The notes under the pieces are model-generated. The model was not told the origin of the DNA. It saw only the letters and a program-made list of their open reading frames with translations, and ran no database searches. Source: an uncultured Bacillales bacterium (GTDB taxonomy: Bacteria > Bacillota_I > Bacilli_A > RFN20 > CAG-288). From it: 64,000 bases of DNA. A program made the position numbers and the translations under genes. This document shows, in pieces, positions 1 through 8,241 of this stretch (positions are counted from its first letter, which is position 1; every line of letters begins with the position of its first letter). Location: contig CAJMBK010000007.1 of the NCBI GenBank assembly GCA_905211645.1, positions 159-64,158 on the forward strand, given 5' to 3'.

Positions 1-1
1 A

Positions 2-277
2 TCATCGATGTATGACACTCCTAGTCAAAAATACTCACTCGATTTGAATGGTTCAATGGGTAAATTTGTTGATACTTCAGCTGCTAAGTACGGTATGATT
101 TTGAATCTTACTAAATTTGATATGGATGTTAATGGCATCTTGGCAGATTCAGTTTCATTCACTTCCACTCCTATAGCTACTGAAGACAAAGTTGAGTTAT
201 TAATTAATAACGATTTCTACTTCGCATTAGTTGATAAAAACAACACACCTATGTTTGTTGGACATCAATCTTTATAG
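2..277 (+). CDS. 3' end of a gene cut by the window edge; C-terminus looks serpin-like
   Basis: The frame of the ATG at 8 stays open to the window start. Stop TAG at 275-277, followed by a hairpin terminator. The tail VNGILADSV...LINNDFYFALVDKNNTPMFVGHQ aligns by eye with the serpin hinge/RCL and the C-terminal consensus DRPFlFxIrdxxTxxxLFmG. Confidence 0.35.
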   Translation, partial: SSMYDTPSQKYSLDLNGSMGKFVDTSAAKYGMILNLTKFDMDVNGILADSVSFTSTPIATEDKVELLINNDFYFALVDKNNTPMFVGHQSL

Positions 278-299
278 ATATAAGCGTACCTCCTTCACA

Positions 300-329
300 A
301 TAGACACTTTTAGTAAAGTGTCTATTTTT
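300..329 (+). terminator. rho-independent terminator
   Basis: ATAGACACTTT-tagt-AAAGTGTCTAT perfect 11-bp stem followed by TTTTT. Confidence 0.75.
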
Positions 330-537
330 AATTAAAATGAACAATTTATAAAATTAGAAATTAAATATAATATTGATAAAGTTGCTTTTGTGTATAAAAT
401 GTGAAAATTAAAGCGATTACATCCTTCCAATATCTTAGGTTTTTTTACTTTTAACATTGTATAATAAGAAAGCAAATATTTAATTATGCCGGTGGGCCTG
501 GATATTTGGAATTTATCATAATATTTAAGGAGACTCT

Positions 538-2262
538 ATGAAGAAAATTGATGGTGTGCTTTTTAAGCAAATGATTATATCTGCTAATAATAATTTATTT
601 AATAATTATCCTGAGATTAACCAATTGAACGTTTTCCCTGTTCCAGATGGTGATACAGGTACCAATATGAATTTAACTTTGACAAGCGGTACAAGTATGG
701 TTTGTCAAAAGAATGAAAAGAATATTTACTTAGTCGCAAAAACCTTCAAAGAAGGACTTTTGATGGGTGCTAGAGGTAACTCTGGCGTTATCTTATCCCA
801 AATTTTCAGAGGCTTTGCTGATAGCTTAAAAGATAAAGCTGAAGCCGATTGCTTCGACATTGTCGATGCATTCGTCAATGCAAAAGATGTTGCATATCAA
901 AACGTCATCAAACCTACAGAAGGTACAATTTTAACCGTCGTTAGAGATGCTGCTGAGACTTTACAAGAAAAAGTCACAGAGAATATGCCAATCGACGAAG
1001 TTTTCGATATCTACTTACAAGAAGCTAAAGAATCCTTAGCAAGAACACCTGATTTATTACCTGTTTTAAGGGATGCTGGTGTTGTTGACTCAGGTGGTGC
1101 AGGTTATGTTAAAATCATCGAAGGTATGGCTAAGGCATTGCATAACGATATCGTTGAAAGAATTATGCCTGATGTTGTTTCTTCCTCTGGTCAAACAGAA
1201 TTTGAATTTGCACCTCAAGGTGAAGCAACTAACGTCCAATCCCGTTTCAAACACGAAGAATTTGGTTACTGCACTGAATTCATCTTACGTTTACCTAAGC
1301 AAGAAGATATCATCAAATTAGGTAAGAAAGTCTACAACAAGAAACGTGTTGATGGTGTTTTATGTGCACATGGTAACTCCATTGTTTCCGTTCACGATGA
1401 TGATTTAGTTAAGGTTCATATCCACACCAGAAATCCTGGTTACATCTTAACTTACGCACAGCAATTTGGTGAATTTATTAAGATTAAAATCGAAAATATG
1501 GCTGAACAACATTCACATTTGATCGAAGAAAATCATGGTTCTACCAATGAACTTGAAGTTAAGACCGCAGCTCCAAGTGAAAAGAAGAAAGAACCTAAAG
1601 AATACGCACTTATCGCAGTTGCAAACGGCGAAGGTATAAAATCTATCTTTAAAGATTTAGGCGTTGATGAAATTGTTTCCGGTGGTCAAACAATGAACCC
1701 ATCCACAGAAGATTTCGTTAAAGCATGCAGAGAATGCAACGCTAAGAATATCTACATCTTCCCTAACAACTCAAATATCATCATGGCAGCAACTCAAGCC
1801 AGTGATGTTTTAGAAGGTGAATGTAAAGTTAACGTCATCCCAAGTAAGTCTATTCCAGCAGGTATTGCAGCATGTTTAGTTTTCAATCCAACCGCTTCTG
1901 TTGAAGCAAACTTGGAAGAGATGAACGGTGAACTCGAAAATATTAAAACTGGTGAAGTTACCTTCTCAGTTAGAGACACCTGCATCGATGGCACCGAAGT
2001 TCATAACGGTGACTTCATGGGTATCTCTAAGAAGAAGATTCTTGTCTCCGTCAAAGATAAAGTTGAAGCACTCAAGACTTTGATTGCAGGCATGGTTGAT
2101 GAAGATAGCTCACTTTTAACAATTTACTTCGGTGAAGATTTAACACAAGAAGAAATTGAAAGAGTTAACGCACTTGTTGCTGAATACGAAGAAAAAGGCT
2201 TTGAAGTTCAAACCTTCAACGGTGGTCAACCAGTCTATTCATTCTACGTCGCAGTTGAGTAA
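538..2262 (+). CDS. yloV: DAK2/DhaL-domain fusion protein (YloV family)
   Basis: SD AAGGAG 6 nt upstream of the ATG. N-terminal DhaL motif PVPDGDTGTNM, NSGVILSQ, and a C-terminal YloV-type domain. 574 aa is the typical length. Confidence 0.85.
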   Translation: MKKIDGVLFKQMIISANNNLFNNYPEINQLNVFPVPDGDTGTNMNLTLTSGTSMVCQKNEKNIYLVAKTFKEGLLMGARGNSGVILSQIFRGFADSLKDKAEADCFDIVDAFVNAKDVAYQNVIKPTEGTILTVVRDAAETLQEKVTENMPIDEVFDIYLQEAKESLARTPDLLPVLRDAGVVDSGGAGYVKIIEGMAKALHNDIVERIMPDVVSSSGQTEFEFAPQGEATNVQSRFKHEEFGYCTEFILRLPKQEDIIKLGKKVYNKKRVDGVLCAHGNSIVSVHDDDLVKVHIHTRNPGYILTYAQQFGEFIKIKIENMAEQHSHLIEENHGSTNELEVKTAAPSEKKKEPKEYALIAVANGEGIKSIFKDLGVDEIVSGGQTMNPSTEDFVKACRECNAKNIYIFPNNSNIIMAATQASDVLEGECKVNVIPSKSIPAGIAACLVFNPTASVEANLEEMNGELENIKTGEVTFSVRDTCIDGTEVHNGDFMGISKKKILVSVKDKVEALKTLIAGMVDEDSSLLTIYFGEDLTQEEIERVNALVAEYEEKGFEVQTFNGGQPVYSFYVAVE

Positions 2263-2266
2263 ATTT

Positions 2267-2292
2267 AAAGGCTCTTAGGAGCCTTTTTCTTT
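2267..2292 (+). terminator. rho-independent terminator after yloV
   Basis: AAAGGCTC-ttag-GAGCCTTT stem followed by TTCTTT. Confidence 0.7.
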
Positions 2293-2385
2293 GGTTTAAG
2301 TGATTAGACTTAAAAATCTTTGATTCGATTTAACACTATTTATTTAATTTGTATTAATATAAATCTATATTTTTTATAATAATGA

Positions 2386-3414
2386 ATGATGAAATCTAGA
2401 TTAAAAATGCTCTTAGAAAATAAGAGGGAAAACATTTTAAAATCTCATTTGAACAAGATAAACGAGAGTAAATACAAAGTTTTAAATTTCCTCATTTTGA
2501 TTGTTGCGGGATTTATTAACGGCTTAGGTTCAGGTCTCTTTTTGTCATGTGCTAAGCTCTTGGATGGTGGTATTTCCGGTACTGCCATGCTTTTGAATTA
2601 TCTGGTTTCATTCAATGCACCTAGTTACAGTTTCATTTTCAGTTTGACATTCTTCTTAGTCATTTTGAATATTCCATTCTTTATCGTCGGTGTTAAAAAG
2701 ATCGGCTGGCAGATGTTAATTTACTCATTTGTGGCAATCTTTTCTTACTCAATTGCAGTTATGATTTACACTGGAAATAACGGTTCTTGGTACACTCCAC
2801 TTACTGAAGTTGGTCCTTTTGCTGATTTGAATAAACCAGAATACAGTTTAGTCTGTGCAATCTTTGGTGGACTGTTCTCTGGAATTGGGTCAGGATTGAC
2901 CGTCAAATTTGGTGGTGCTATGGATGGAGTTGACGTTTTATCTGTCATGGTTCATAAGAAACTCAACATGACAGTTGGTCAAGTTTGTATGTGCTACAAC
3001 GCAATCTTATTTGTACTTTTTGCTTCAGTTAATGACTACACCGATCCTTCAATTAATAACCTCATCGGTTGTTTACTCTCATTGTTAAGTTACTACATCA
3101 ACTTGAAAGCAATCGATTTTATCAACGAAGGTTTATCTAAATCCATCATGTGTATTATTATCACCGAGAAATATGGTGAAGTTAGTGATGCTATCAACTC
3201 TAAGTTAGGTAGATCAGTCACTTTCATCAAGAGTAAAGGTTATTTCACTGGAAAAGATAATGAGATGATCTATTCAGTTGTTAACAGATTTGAAGTTAAC
3301 AGATTAAGAATCCTTATCTCTGAGATTGATCCTGATGCTTTTGTCACATTCACAGAAGTCAGTGAACTTGTTGGCAGAAAGGTTTATTTCAAGAGGAGAA
3401 AACGTGATAAATAA
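2386..3414 (+). CDS. YitT-family membrane protein with C-terminal DUF2179-like domain
   Basis: Multiple TM helices with GG-rich loops (GGISGTAML, GGAMDGVDVLS). Soluble tail of about 80 aa (IIITEKYGEVSDAINSKLGRSVTFIKSKGYFTG...FVTFTEV) is typical of YitT/DUF2179. Confidence 0.75.
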   Translation: MMKSRLKMLLENKRENILKSHLNKINESKYKVLNFLILIVAGFINGLGSGLFLSCAKLLDGGISGTAMLLNYLVSFNAPSYSFIFSLTFFLVILNIPFFIVGVKKIGWQMLIYSFVAIFSYSIAVMIYTGNNGSWYTPLTEVGPFADLNKPEYSLVCAIFGGLFSGIGSGLTVKFGGAMDGVDVLSVMVHKKLNMTVGQVCMCYNAILFVLFASVNDYTDPSINNLIGCLLSLLSYYINLKAIDFINEGLSKSIMCIIITEKYGEVSDAINSKLGRSVTFIKSKGYFTGKDNEMIYSVVNRFEVNRLRILISEIDPDAFVTFTEVSELVGRKVYFKRRKRDK

Positions 3415-4600
3415 GTTTTTGTTTTTGGATTTTGAATCAGGGTTTTACAACAGTATCTGCTCAGCAGGTTATGTTTTGACAGATACTAATTTTACCTTGC
3501 TTGCAAAGGAAGATTTAATTTGTAATCCAGAAGCTCCTTTATTCAAAATTCCTAAAAATTCTAAGAAACATTTCAGTTACGCTTACTCTCCAGAAGTTTT
3601 CAAAAGCAAGGGAAACTTTACAACAATTTATAAAAAACTCTACAAGTTGCTAAATGATGAAAATACTATTGTTTTTGGCTTCTCTTTTGAAAACGATTTG
3701 AACTTCTTGCTTTCAACTTTGGATAGGTACAGACTTAACAAACCTAAGTTTACTTATTATGATGTACAAGATATTTTCTTTAAATTGGATAAGTCTTATC
3801 CAAATAGAAGCGGTATTCCTTCACTAGGAAATTTGAACCATTTCTTCAACACAGGTTTAGTTCAAAACACACATAAATCTGATGATGACGCTTTCATGAC
3901 AATGAAGGTTTTTGAAAATATCTTAAAAACTATCAAGATGAGTTTCACTGATGTGGTCAATTTATTACATTTACAAGGTTCAACATTTAAAGATTTTGAG
4001 CAGAGTGTTATTCAAAGAGCACAGAAGAACTTTGATGAATTGAAAGACGCTTATAATCAATATCGTCAAAGCATTCATATGGATATCTTAAAGCATATTT
4101 CTGAGTATCTTGTTGAATCTAATAAAGATAATAAAGTGATCAAATATTACACTTATCCAATTGAAAACTTGGAAAATGATGCACTTCTTGCTATCAATTT
4201 AATCTATAACTTATCTCACTTTAATTACAAGTTAACATTCACTCCAATTGACGGAGTTGATGTAATTGATAACGTCAATTTCTTAGAGCAGAAAGCGCGA
4301 ATCAAATTCAAAAATAAGTGGCATTTCAAGGGTTTTCAGATAAATAAAGTCAATCCTTATGTTACATTCTTATCAAAGATTGATCCATTCTCTTACTATG
4401 TTTTAACTACATTCTACTCGCTTAAACATGTTTCAAGTTTGATAATTTACATTAATCATTTCAAGAAATTTATGTTTAAGTACCGTTCAAATTTAGTTAA
4501 AAAGGATGAGGAAGCAACTCAAATTCAAACTGAGAATGAAAATGCATACTTTGACTACATCACATTTAGAGAAAATTTGAAGAAAGATCACAAGAATTAA
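3404..4600 (+). CDS. DEDDh 3'-5' exonuclease (KapD/ERI-1-like N-domain) with an uncharacterised C-terminal half of about 220 aa
   Basis: GTG at 3404 lies 5 nt after AGGAG (3394-3398). The longer ORF from 3326 overlaps the YitT gene and has no SD. Exo motifs: I FLFLDFES, II GFSFENDLNFL, III HKSDDDAFMT (H-x4-D). I do not recognise the C-terminal half. Confidence 0.65.
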   Translation: MINKFLFLDFESGFYNSICSAGYVLTDTNFTLLAKEDLICNPEAPLFKIPKNSKKHFSYAYSPEVFKSKGNFTTIYKKLYKLLNDENTIVFGFSFENDLNFLLSTLDRYRLNKPKFTYYDVQDIFFKLDKSYPNRSGIPSLGNLNHFFNTGLVQNTHKSDDDAFMTMKVFENILKTIKMSFTDVVNLLHLQGSTFKDFEQSVIQRAQKNFDELKDAYNQYRQSIHMDILKHISEYLVESNKDNKVIKYYTYPIENLENDALLAINLIYNLSHFNYKLTFTPIDGVDVIDNVNFLEQKARIKFKNKWHFKGFQINKVNPYVTFLSKIDPFSYYVLTTFYSLKHVSSLIIYINHFKKFMFKYRSNLVKKDEEATQIQTENENAYFDYITFRENLKKDHKN

Positions 4601-4602
4601 TA

Positions 4603-4628
4603 TTTTTTATATCTTTAGATATAAAAAA
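4603..4628. terminator. AT-rich perfect palindrome, possible weak terminator
   Basis: TTTTTTATATCT-tt-AGATATAAAAAA, 12+12 nt perfect inverted repeat directly after the stop at 4600. Confidence 0.35.
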
Positions 4629-4678
4629 AGTGAACAATCAATCTTATTATTAGATAATAAAAAAGCGAGGTTTTGATT

Positions 4679-5671
4679 ATGATTAAAATTTGTTTAGATA
4701 TCGAAGGTTCCGATTTAGGTAACAAAGAACTTTGCCAAGGCTGTTTGGACTATTTAAAAGACAACAAGGATGTTTGTCTTGTTTTAGTTGGTAAAACAGC
4801 AGAATATGAAAATCTCTTTGCAGATTACAAAGATAGAGTTGAATTTGTCACTGCAGAAGATGTTGTTCCAATGGAAGTTTCACCATTAGCTTTGCTTAGA
4901 ATGCAAAAATCCAGCATGGTTATGGGTTTGAAAAGAGCTAACCAAGATGATTGTGATGCTTTTGTTACTTGTGGTTCCTCAGGTGGTTTTATCACCGGTG
5001 CTCAACTCATAATCAAAAAGATTCCTCACGTTTGTAGAGCAGCATTCACATCTCCATTTGTCACCAAGATTAAAGATAAACAAACTGTTATTCTTGATAT
5101 CGGTGCAAGTAACGAAAATACCGTTGAAGAAATGGCTTGCTTTGCAAGATTAGGTAGAAATTACTGCCGTTGTGTTTTGGGTATTGAAAATCCTTCTGTC
5201 TACTTGCTTTCCAACGGTGCTGAAGAAGGTAAGGGCAGTAAAATTGTTGTTGATACATACAAATATTTGAAAGAAACCAATTTCCCTAACTTCTGTGGAA
5301 ATGTTGAAGCAAGAGACGCTTTGGATGGCACTCATGATGTCATCGTCTGCCAAGGATTTGACGGAAATATTCTTTTGAAATCTTCCGAAGGTGTCGCTAG
5401 CATGATGAATGACATGATCAAGAAAGCATTCAAGAAGAATTTATTTACAAAGATTGGTTACCTTTTAGCTAAGAAAGGTTTCGATGAGATGAAAGCCAGT
5501 ATGGATTACAAGAAAATTGGCGGTGCAATTTTATTAGGTGTTAATAAAGTCTGCGTTAAAAGTCATGGTAATTCCAACGCTTACGCTTTCTACCATGCAA
5601 TTGATTTAGCTTACAGAATGGCTAAGAACCATGTTGTTGAAGATATTAAAAAGGAATTTGAAAATAATTAG
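4679..5671 (+). CDS. plsX: phosphate acyltransferase PlsX
   Basis: GAGG at 4667-4670 lies 8 nt before ATG 4679; the TTG at 4673 is too close to the SD. Motifs IEGSDLG, AFVTCGSSGG, HGNS. Length about 330 aa. Confidence 0.9.
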   Translation: MIKICLDIEGSDLGNKELCQGCLDYLKDNKDVCLVLVGKTAEYENLFADYKDRVEFVTAEDVVPMEVSPLALLRMQKSSMVMGLKRANQDDCDAFVTCGSSGGFITGAQLIIKKIPHVCRAAFTSPFVTKIKDKQTVILDIGASNENTVEEMACFARLGRNYCRCVLGIENPSVYLLSNGAEEGKGSKIVVDTYKYLKETNFPNFCGNVEARDALDGTHDVIVCQGFDGNILLKSSEGVASMMNDMIKKAFKKNLFTKIGYLLAKKGFDEMKASMDYKKIGGAILLGVNKVCVKSHGNSNAYAFYHAIDLAYRMAKNHVVEDIKKEFENN

Positions 5672-6373
5672 TTGAAGATGAAATTAGTAGATTTACTTAA
5701 AGAGATGAATATTCCATATAAAGATTTGTCTTTGTATGAACAAGCATTTACCCATAAATCTTTTTCAAACGAATACAATATGCAAAATAACACAGAGTGT
5801 TTAGATTACGATCGTTTGGAATTTTTAGGCGATGCTATTATTTATTCATCTATCGCAAGACTTTTATACACAAAGTTTCCTAAATACGATTCTGGTAAGC
5901 TTTCTAAAATAAGGAAATTCTTGATTGAAGGCACAACTTTAACTGTTATTGCTAAGAATTACAACTTTGAAAAATACATTCGTTATTCCAAAGGTGAACT
6001 TGGTAACAGTGCTAATCATAACAAAGTTCAAGAAGACGTTTTTGAAGCGCTTATTGGAGCAATCACCATCGATTTAGGTGAAACTTTTGCTTTCAAATTT
6101 GTTATCGATATTTTAGGTGATTATCTCACCGAAAATTTAGAAACTTCCTACAAGGAAGATGCGAAGAGTGAACTTCAAATTGTTGTTGAAAAAGAACTTA
6201 AGGTTCAACCTATTTACAGAGTTGAAACAATCGAATTAGGTAAGAATAAACAGATATTTAAAGCATCTTGCTATATTGGCAACATCTTAATTGGTTCCGG
6301 TTCCGGTCCAAGCAAGAAAGCAGCAGAAAAAGAAGCTGCAAAGGATGCTTTAACTAATTACGTTAAAAGATAG
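5672..6373 (+). CDS. rnc: ribonuclease III
   Basis: RNase III signature AFTHKSF...LEFLGDAI, plus a C-terminal dsRBD with GSGSGPSKKAAEKEAA. The start could be ATG 5678 rather than TTG 5672. Confidence 0.92.
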   Translation: MKMKLVDLLKEMNIPYKDLSLYEQAFTHKSFSNEYNMQNNTECLDYDRLEFLGDAIIYSSIARLLYTKFPKYDSGKLSKIRKFLIEGTTLTVIAKNYNFEKYIRYSKGELGNSANHNKVQEDVFEALIGAITIDLGETFAFKFVIDILGDYLTENLETSYKEDAKSELQIVVEKELKVQPIYRVETIELGKNKQIFKASCYIGNILIGSGSGPSKKAAEKEAAKDALTNYVKR

Positions 6374-6388
6374 AAACGAGGATTTAGA

Positions 6389-7669
6389 ATGGGTTTAATT
6401 AATTGGTTAAAAAAGAAATTCTCTAAAGACGAAGAACAGAAAAAAGATGAAAAAGAAGAGGTAGTTGAAGAGACTAAAGAAGAAACTTCAGAACCTACTA
6501 TAGAAGATGGTAACTTAGAAAAGTTGCCTGAAGATTTTGACATTTCCGATATCTTAAAAGACAAGGAAGAACTCGACAAGGCTTCTCAAGATGGTAAGGA
6601 TAAAAATGGTCTTACTAAGAAAGAAAGAGAAAAAGAAAAAGAGAGAAAGCTTGTTGAAGACTTAAAAGCAAAGAGAAAAGAACAAGAAGAGAAGAAAAAA
6701 TTAGAGAAGAAACAACAGAAAGAATATCAAAAGACTGTTGATAATAAATATATCGCTGGTTTGGATAAATCCAGACAAGGTTTCACAAACAAATTAAACA
6801 AATTAGCCAAGGAGCATCAAATTGCTAACCAAGAATATTTTGATGGTTTGGAAAGAATTTTAGTAGAAGCAGATGTCGGTATTCGCTTAACTCTTGAGCT
6901 TCTTGATCAAGTTGAAAAGGAATGTAAGACAAAAGGTATCTACAACACCAGTGAAATCAATGAACTTTTAATCGATAAGATGTTCGTTGGTTACATCAAC
7001 CAAGGTGGTTCCTTCAAAACAGATATCGATTTTGTTGAAAATGGTCCAACAGTTTTACTTATTGTCGGTGTTAATGGAACTGGTAAAACCACAACTATTG
7101 CTAAATTAGGCAAACGCTACAAAGAGATGGGTAAGAAAGTTTTATTCGTTGCAGCTGACACATTTAGAGCCGGTGCTATCGACCAATTAGCTCTATGGGC
7201 GGATAGAGTTGGTGTTGATATCTACAAGAAAAATGAAGGTGCAGACCCTGCTTCAGTTTGCTTTGAAGGTTTAACTAAAGCAAAGAATGAAAACTACGAT
7301 TTAGTTATCATCGATACAGCAGGTAGATTACACAATAAATCTTATTTGATGGATGAACTTGGTAAAGTTATCCGTGTCATCAAGAAAGTTATCCCAGAAG
7401 CACCACATGAAACCTTCTTAGTTTTGGACGCAAATACCGGTCAAAACGGTATTGAACAAGCCAAAGTTTTCAAAGAAGTTTGTGATATTTCTGGTGTTGT
7501 CATCACCAAGATGGATGGAACCAGTAAAGGTGGTATAATTTTAAGCATTCGAGACATGCTTTCCGTTCCAGTCAGATTCATCGGTTTAGGTGAAAAGATG
7601 GATGATTTGAAAGAATTCGATCTCGATCAATATTTGTATGGTCTTTTAGTTGGAGAAAACGAGGATTAA
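6389..7669 (+). CDS. ftsY: signal recognition particle receptor FtsY with a K/E-rich acidic N-terminal A-domain
   Basis: SD ACGAGGA upstream. NG domain motifs GVNGTGKTTTIAKL, DTAGR, TKMDGTSKGG. Confidence 0.95.
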   Translation: MGLINWLKKKFSKDEEQKKDEKEEVVEETKEETSEPTIEDGNLEKLPEDFDISDILKDKEELDKASQDGKDKNGLTKKEREKEKERKLVEDLKAKRKEQEEKKKLEKKQQKEYQKTVDNKYIAGLDKSRQGFTNKLNKLAKEHQIANQEYFDGLERILVEADVGIRLTLELLDQVEKECKTKGIYNTSEINELLIDKMFVGYINQGGSFKTDIDFVENGPTVLLIVGVNGTGKTTTIAKLGKRYKEMGKKVLFVAADTFRAGAIDQLALWADRVGVDIYKKNEGADPASVCFEGLTKAKNENYDLVIIDTAGRLHNKSYLMDELGKVIRVIKKVIPEAPHETFLVLDANTGQNGIEQAKVFKEVCDISGVVITKMDGTSKGGIILSIRDMLSVPVRFIGLGEKMDDLKEFDLDQYLYGLLVGENED

Positions 7670-7923
7670 TGAGTTTTATCTTATTGTTGCTAGGATTTTT
7701 TATTGTTAACATGTTGGTATCAAATATCGTTTCTGGTTTGATACCTAACTACTTACTAGCTAGTGTTGTCACAGACCTAGTTATAGCTTTGTTAATCACT
7801 TTTTTACTTGCTCCAAGAGATCCTTTTACCGGTAAAAGAAATTGGGAAAGAACGGCTACGTATTTTCTTTATACAGCCAGTTTTTTCATCCTCATCGATT
7901 TGATAACTATCGTATTGTTCTAG
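7669..7923 (+). CDS. small hydrophobic protein (3 predicted TM helices), unknown function
   Basis: Its ATG overlaps the ftsY stop (TAATG). Its stop lies 1 nt before the ylxM ATG. 84 aa, strongly hydrophobic. Confidence 0.55.
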   Translation: MSFILLLLGFFIVNMLVSNIVSGLIPNYLLASVVTDLVIALLITFLLAPRDPFTGKRNWERTATYFLYTASFFILIDLITIVLF

Positions 7924-7924
7924 T

Positions 7925-8233
7925 ATGGAAAAAAACTTAGAAAAGACACTATTTCTCTCCGAACTTCTTGAGCTTTACGGAAATTTGCTAAGCGAGAAAA
8001 CGGTTTTAAGACTTGATTATTACTTGAATCAAGATTATTCTCTTTCGGAGATTGCAGAACTTGAAAACACATCTCGTAACGCAATCTTTGAATCAATTTC
8101 TAAAGGTATTGAAAAGCTCAACAAATTGGAAGATAAACTCAATTTCAGAGCAAAAATTGATGAAATCTTAGATAAGCTAGAAAAAGATGGTTATCAAGAT
8201 ATTGAAAGTATTTCTAACATTTTAATTAGATAG
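7925..8233 (+). CDS. ylxM: YlxM/UPF0122 HTH protein upstream of ffh
   Basis: About 100 aa. The SLSEIAELENTSRNAIFESI HTH region matches B. subtilis YlxM ([20 protein letters not shown]). Conserved position immediately 5' of ffh. Confidence 0.85.
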   Translation: MEKNLEKTLFLSELLELYGNLLSEKTVLRLDYYLNQDYSLSEIAELENTSRNAIFESISKGIEKLNKLEDKLNFRAKIDEILDKLEKDGYQDIESISNILIR

Positions 8234-8241
8234 GAGATTAT

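Noticed and set aside
3326-3403. Longer start for the exonuclease ORF, overlapping the YitT gene by 89 nt
   Set aside because: There is no SD before ATG 3326. GTG 3404 has AGGAG at optimal spacing, and the exonuclease motif I begins 6 residues later.
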